DNA from: Octopus bimaculoides
Lineage: Eukaryota
Reading direction: 5' to 3'
NCBI RefSeq assembly: GCF_001194135.2
Contig: NC_068993.1
Span: 35,014,411 to 35,078,410 of the forward strand
DNA: 64,000 nt
In this document: piece by piece, positions 60,543-64,000 of the stretch
How the letters are laid out: every line of letters begins with the position of its first letter
Numbering within the stretch: the stretch's first letter is position 1
Notes under the pieces: model-generated
What the model was told of the DNA's origin: nothing
The model's database searches: none
The model's input: the letters and a program-made list of their open reading frames with translations, nothing else
Made by a program: the position numbers and the translations under genes

Positions 60543-61079
60543 CGTACAAGAACTTCAGTATAAAAGTCTGAACTTCGTTAACCGTTGAGTTTCTGGCAAA
60601 TATTTACACCAACTTTCTGCTATCAGCATTTCCATCTAAGACTTCACCATTAACATAAAATCTTCTCCGTAGGTAGTTTAACAACTATAACGTTGACTGT
60701 TGGGCCGTTCTATGTCAAAGCCTACGGAAAAATCCACTATATATATATAATCGTTTAGGAGGTGACTTTATATAAGGCCGTATGTTAGACACGAAGCAAT
60801 TATATCACAGATGAGCTCTTTGGGCATTTATGAAAACACTAACATAAAATCTGTTACATTAACTTTTTGTTTATTTCTTACAAGTACAGTCAAAATATTT
60901 TGTCGCCTTGCTGCAACCTGATATAATTCCGCTGTATTTGTCGAAAAACTAGTTACTTGCCGATATAAACCGTTTTGCTGCAAGAATTGCAAATATGATT
61001 GATTTGCTATATTCGTTACCACAGCAAGGAAAGACATGTAGTAAGCCTTCTTGTGATTTGGAAAGACAGAGAATAGCAT

Positions 61080-61215
61080 TAATGGTTTTTAATTCAGCTG
61101 TCAATTTTGAGGGAGGAGGTTAGTCGATTACATTGACCCCAGCATTTGACTGGCAAGGTTTTTTTATCGGAGAAATGAAAAGTTAAGATGACCTCAGCAG
61201 GATTTCAACTCAGGT
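61080..61215 (-). mobile_element. SINE-B 3' fragment
   Basis: ttttgagggaggaggttagtcgattacattgaccccagc...gacctcagcaggatttcaactcag. Confidence 0.7.
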
Positions 61216-61305
61216 GAGTAACAAGTACTCTTTAGGATGTGCGGTGGTTGGGTATTGGAGATATTGTATCATTTATGGTGGCTTTTAAGTAGTTCGCAAT
61301 AGTTT

Positions 61306-61850
61306 TTTTTTTTTAATTATGAACTGTTCTGCCCCAGTCCAGTACAGGTACACTAGAGGAATAGATTTAGCTTTACACATTTCGTATTTTTTTAAAGCCC
61401 AATGTATGGTACTTCCTCGGAGCATATTTTCTGAAATTAAACTACACAGGATTTGTCAAGATATTCTTCGATCTCATTTTCTATTTCTCGTCCTACTTTA
61501 TAATTATCGACATTCTTCTCAGAAACGAAATTCTTCCTATGCCCAAAGTCTACATTCTCGTTATTTCCAACATCCATTTCTTCATACTTGAGGCTTTTAT
61601 CTCCCTTTCTTCTTAGAAACAAGTCTCTTCCTATGTCCATAGTCTACATTCTCGTTATTTCCAACATCCATATCTTCATACTTGAGGTTTTCAATCTCCC
61701 TTTACCGAGATGTTATTGTCATTCGAGCAAGCAACATCAATTAGTGTAGAAGATTTGGATCTCTTGTCTCCTGTAATGATGTCAGCTAGGTTCACTCTTA
61801 TCTCTTTGTCTGTATGTTATTTTTATCGTAAATATTTTGTTCCTTATTAT
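61306..61850 (-). mobile_element. R4/Dong-clade RLE fragment with an internal 94-bp tandem duplication
   Basis: Minus strand HTDKEIRVNLADIITGDKRSKSSTLIDVACSNDNNISVK...KYEDM...EITRM. The duplicated unit is 61513-61606 / 61607-61703. Poly(A)-like end near 61310. Confidence 0.65.
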
Positions 61851-63078
61851 GGTAGAGCGAAAACTTACCTTTAGGCTATTTTGTTTCCTGATTCAGTAAA
61901 TGGATAGATATAAGAGCGTCTTTCTTCCTTTTCATCCTATTTTCATCTGTTCATCAAAACTATTACAGTCATACACATGCATAAGATCCATTTTAAAGGC
62001 AGGATTACAAAAAGGCTATATATCCACATATCCACAAAACTACACATAAGCAAAGCAGTGAAGGTTATAAGGAATTGTTCCATTCTCATAGTAAGTGCAC
62101 ATTCGCCGTAGATATTAGAAGAGTTAACATGTTGAAGACTGGCTTTTTGGGTGGATATGTTTCAATCATATTTTCTTCCATTTTCATGCCCGCGCATAGC
62201 TTCAGGGCTTCAATTCCTCTAGATATCGTACAATGGAAATTTTTTTATATGTATTCATTACACATATTTAGATACATGTTGTTGTTACATGTTCAACATC
62301 TATTATCTCCATACTCCTCCACGGAGAATGCTGAATTATCTTCTGAAGTGAACTTTGCCCTCGTGAGATATTTTAAACGACTTTTGGCTGACGTTTGCTG
62401 TTTCGTATAAGGTTTTCATCAACCAGACATTCTCTTTATGTATTTTGTAAGAGTATTGGTAGGGTTGTTTTTATAATGTACAAAATTTTAGTCACTCCTG
62501 TATTATGTGGATTATGTTTATTGATAAATGGAATAATATGTTCTTTAATTTTTTCTTAGGTCTCCTCAGTTTTATGATGTCCAGTTGCATCGAGTTTATA
62601 ATTTCCTCATTTATTAATTTTAAGGGATAATTTTTTTTCTTTTTAGGAAGCTCTTGAGTTCCTTAAGTCGAATTTAACGTATATAGTTTCAACCGTCTCA
62701 GAAAAAAAAATCTTACTTTCTTTCTTTCTTTCTTTTTTCTTCTTTCTTTTTCTATCCTTCTTTCTTTCATCTTGTCTTTCTTTTTTTCTGTTTTTCTCCC
62801 TCTCTCCAAACCGCCAAAAATTCATCACACACATATACACACATACACATCTAGAAAGGTACATATACATTCACAATAGCAAAAAAACATTCTCCTCCCA
62901 ATTCAAGTTCAGATTTTCTCAACAAACTCACATACACATAAAGAGCATAATTTTTCTGTAAAATTATCATTTCACACGAGGTGCAAACGCAAAATAATCA
63001 TCCTAAATTCTGACTACATCGTCTTTCCTAATGTATAAAATATGTACACTACTTGAAGCAAGCTATATATATATATAT

Positions 63079-63131
<53 letters not shown>

Positions 63132-63342
63132 ATGTAGCAGTTCTTGATTGTACTTCATCCGATTGAGCACCAGCAGATAGCTGTTGTTGAACAATATTCA
63201 AATACGTAGTAATTAAGAGTAATCTTACATAATGCTATATAAATATTAACCCAGCAACTTAAAGGTGATGCAGGGTACAGAAACGTACCTTCTGATCCAT
63301 TATTAAAGCCTGTTAACTTCCATCTTTGTGTTATATTATAAT

Positions 63343-63512
63343 TCTTCTTCTTCTTCTTCTTCTTCTTCTTCTTCTTCTTCTTCTTCTTCTCCTTCTCCTT
63401 CTCCTTCTCCTTCTTCTCCTTCTCCTTCTCCTTCTTNNNNNNNNNNTCCTTCTTCTCCTTCTCCTCCTTCTTCTCCTTCTCCTTCTCCTTCTTCTTCTTC
63501 TTATTATTATTA
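63343..63512. repeat. (CTT)n/(CTTCTC)n microsatellite with a 10-N gap
   Basis: Read directly from the sequence. Confidence 0.95.
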
Positions 63513-64000
63513 TCATTATTATTCTTATTATACACACACACCCATACATACCGGAACACACAAGCAGATATTTGCCAGTCTTATCTATCTCCCACTCATG
63601 TAATTTATACAACATAAACACACACACACATACACGCACATCACACAACTAAATACAAACATACCTACATACACAGAGACACAAATACATACAAACACAC
63701 AGTTATATAATTATGCTTGACAATTAACAGTTTGAGGCAAAAGAAGAGAGGAAAAAACTGCTTTACTAGATCAACAGCTAATACTTAAGAACTAATTATA
63801 TTTAGAAGATAGATAATTGGAAATACAAACGCACATACTAAACCAGGAGTAGCCTCAATTAACCATATTCAAATGTAATCTCGGAGCTCATTTTATCAGT
63901 ATTGACCTTTGCACTCAATTTAAATATTCAAATAAGCCGCCTTATAAATGCTTCTATCAACTCAATTGAGTGTAATACATATGGATTCCGTCAGATAGGC

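Larger units (their letters stand above)
3952..63446. other. Assembly gaps (N runs): 3952-4177, 12131-12140, 15886-16632, 20848-20966, 22790-23084, 27823-27839, 33908-34841, 38842-39374, 41838-42538, 46789-46888, 48497-49010, 63437-63446
   Basis: Read directly. Most abut microsatellites, SINEs or inverted repeats. Confidence 0.97.

Noticed and set aside
137-63652. The many ORFs with poly-N/I/Y/H/D/K/L or alternating YI/CV/HT runs
   Set aside because: They are translations of (AAT), (GAT), (TA), (CA) and (CTT) microsatellites.

Overview
AT-rich eukaryotic genomic DNA that is dense in microsatellites and has 12 N-gaps. The SINE/LINE repertoire looks like a coleoid cephalopod (Octopus-like); that assignment comes from my recognition of the repeats, not a search. 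No intact protein-coding gene can be called, only three low-confidence candidate exons. The window is mostly decayed mobile DNA: three tRNA-headed SINE families, RTE, CR1-like, L1/Tx1-like and five R4/Dong-type LINE fragments, a Penelope-like element (RT plus GIY-YIG), a Helitron PIF1-helicase fragment, a near full-length maT-like (inferred DD37D) Tc1/mariner, a deleted Hsmar1-like mariner, mariner- and piggyBac-type MITEs and a putative solo LTR. The most notable observations are: (1) three separate minimal type-I hammerhead-ribozyme-like motifs (7076-7121 minus, 19402-19469 plus inside a 122-bp element with perfect 21-bp inverted ends, 36151-36186 minus) in the same window as a Penelope-like remnant; (2) a perfect 162-bp palindrome whose origin from a 10-bp hairpin can be reconstructed; (3) a sharp CpG-depleted to CpG-retaining step near 40-43 kb, suggesting the edge of a methylated gene body; (4) chains of retroelements nested in (AAT)n arrays with fixed strand polarity.
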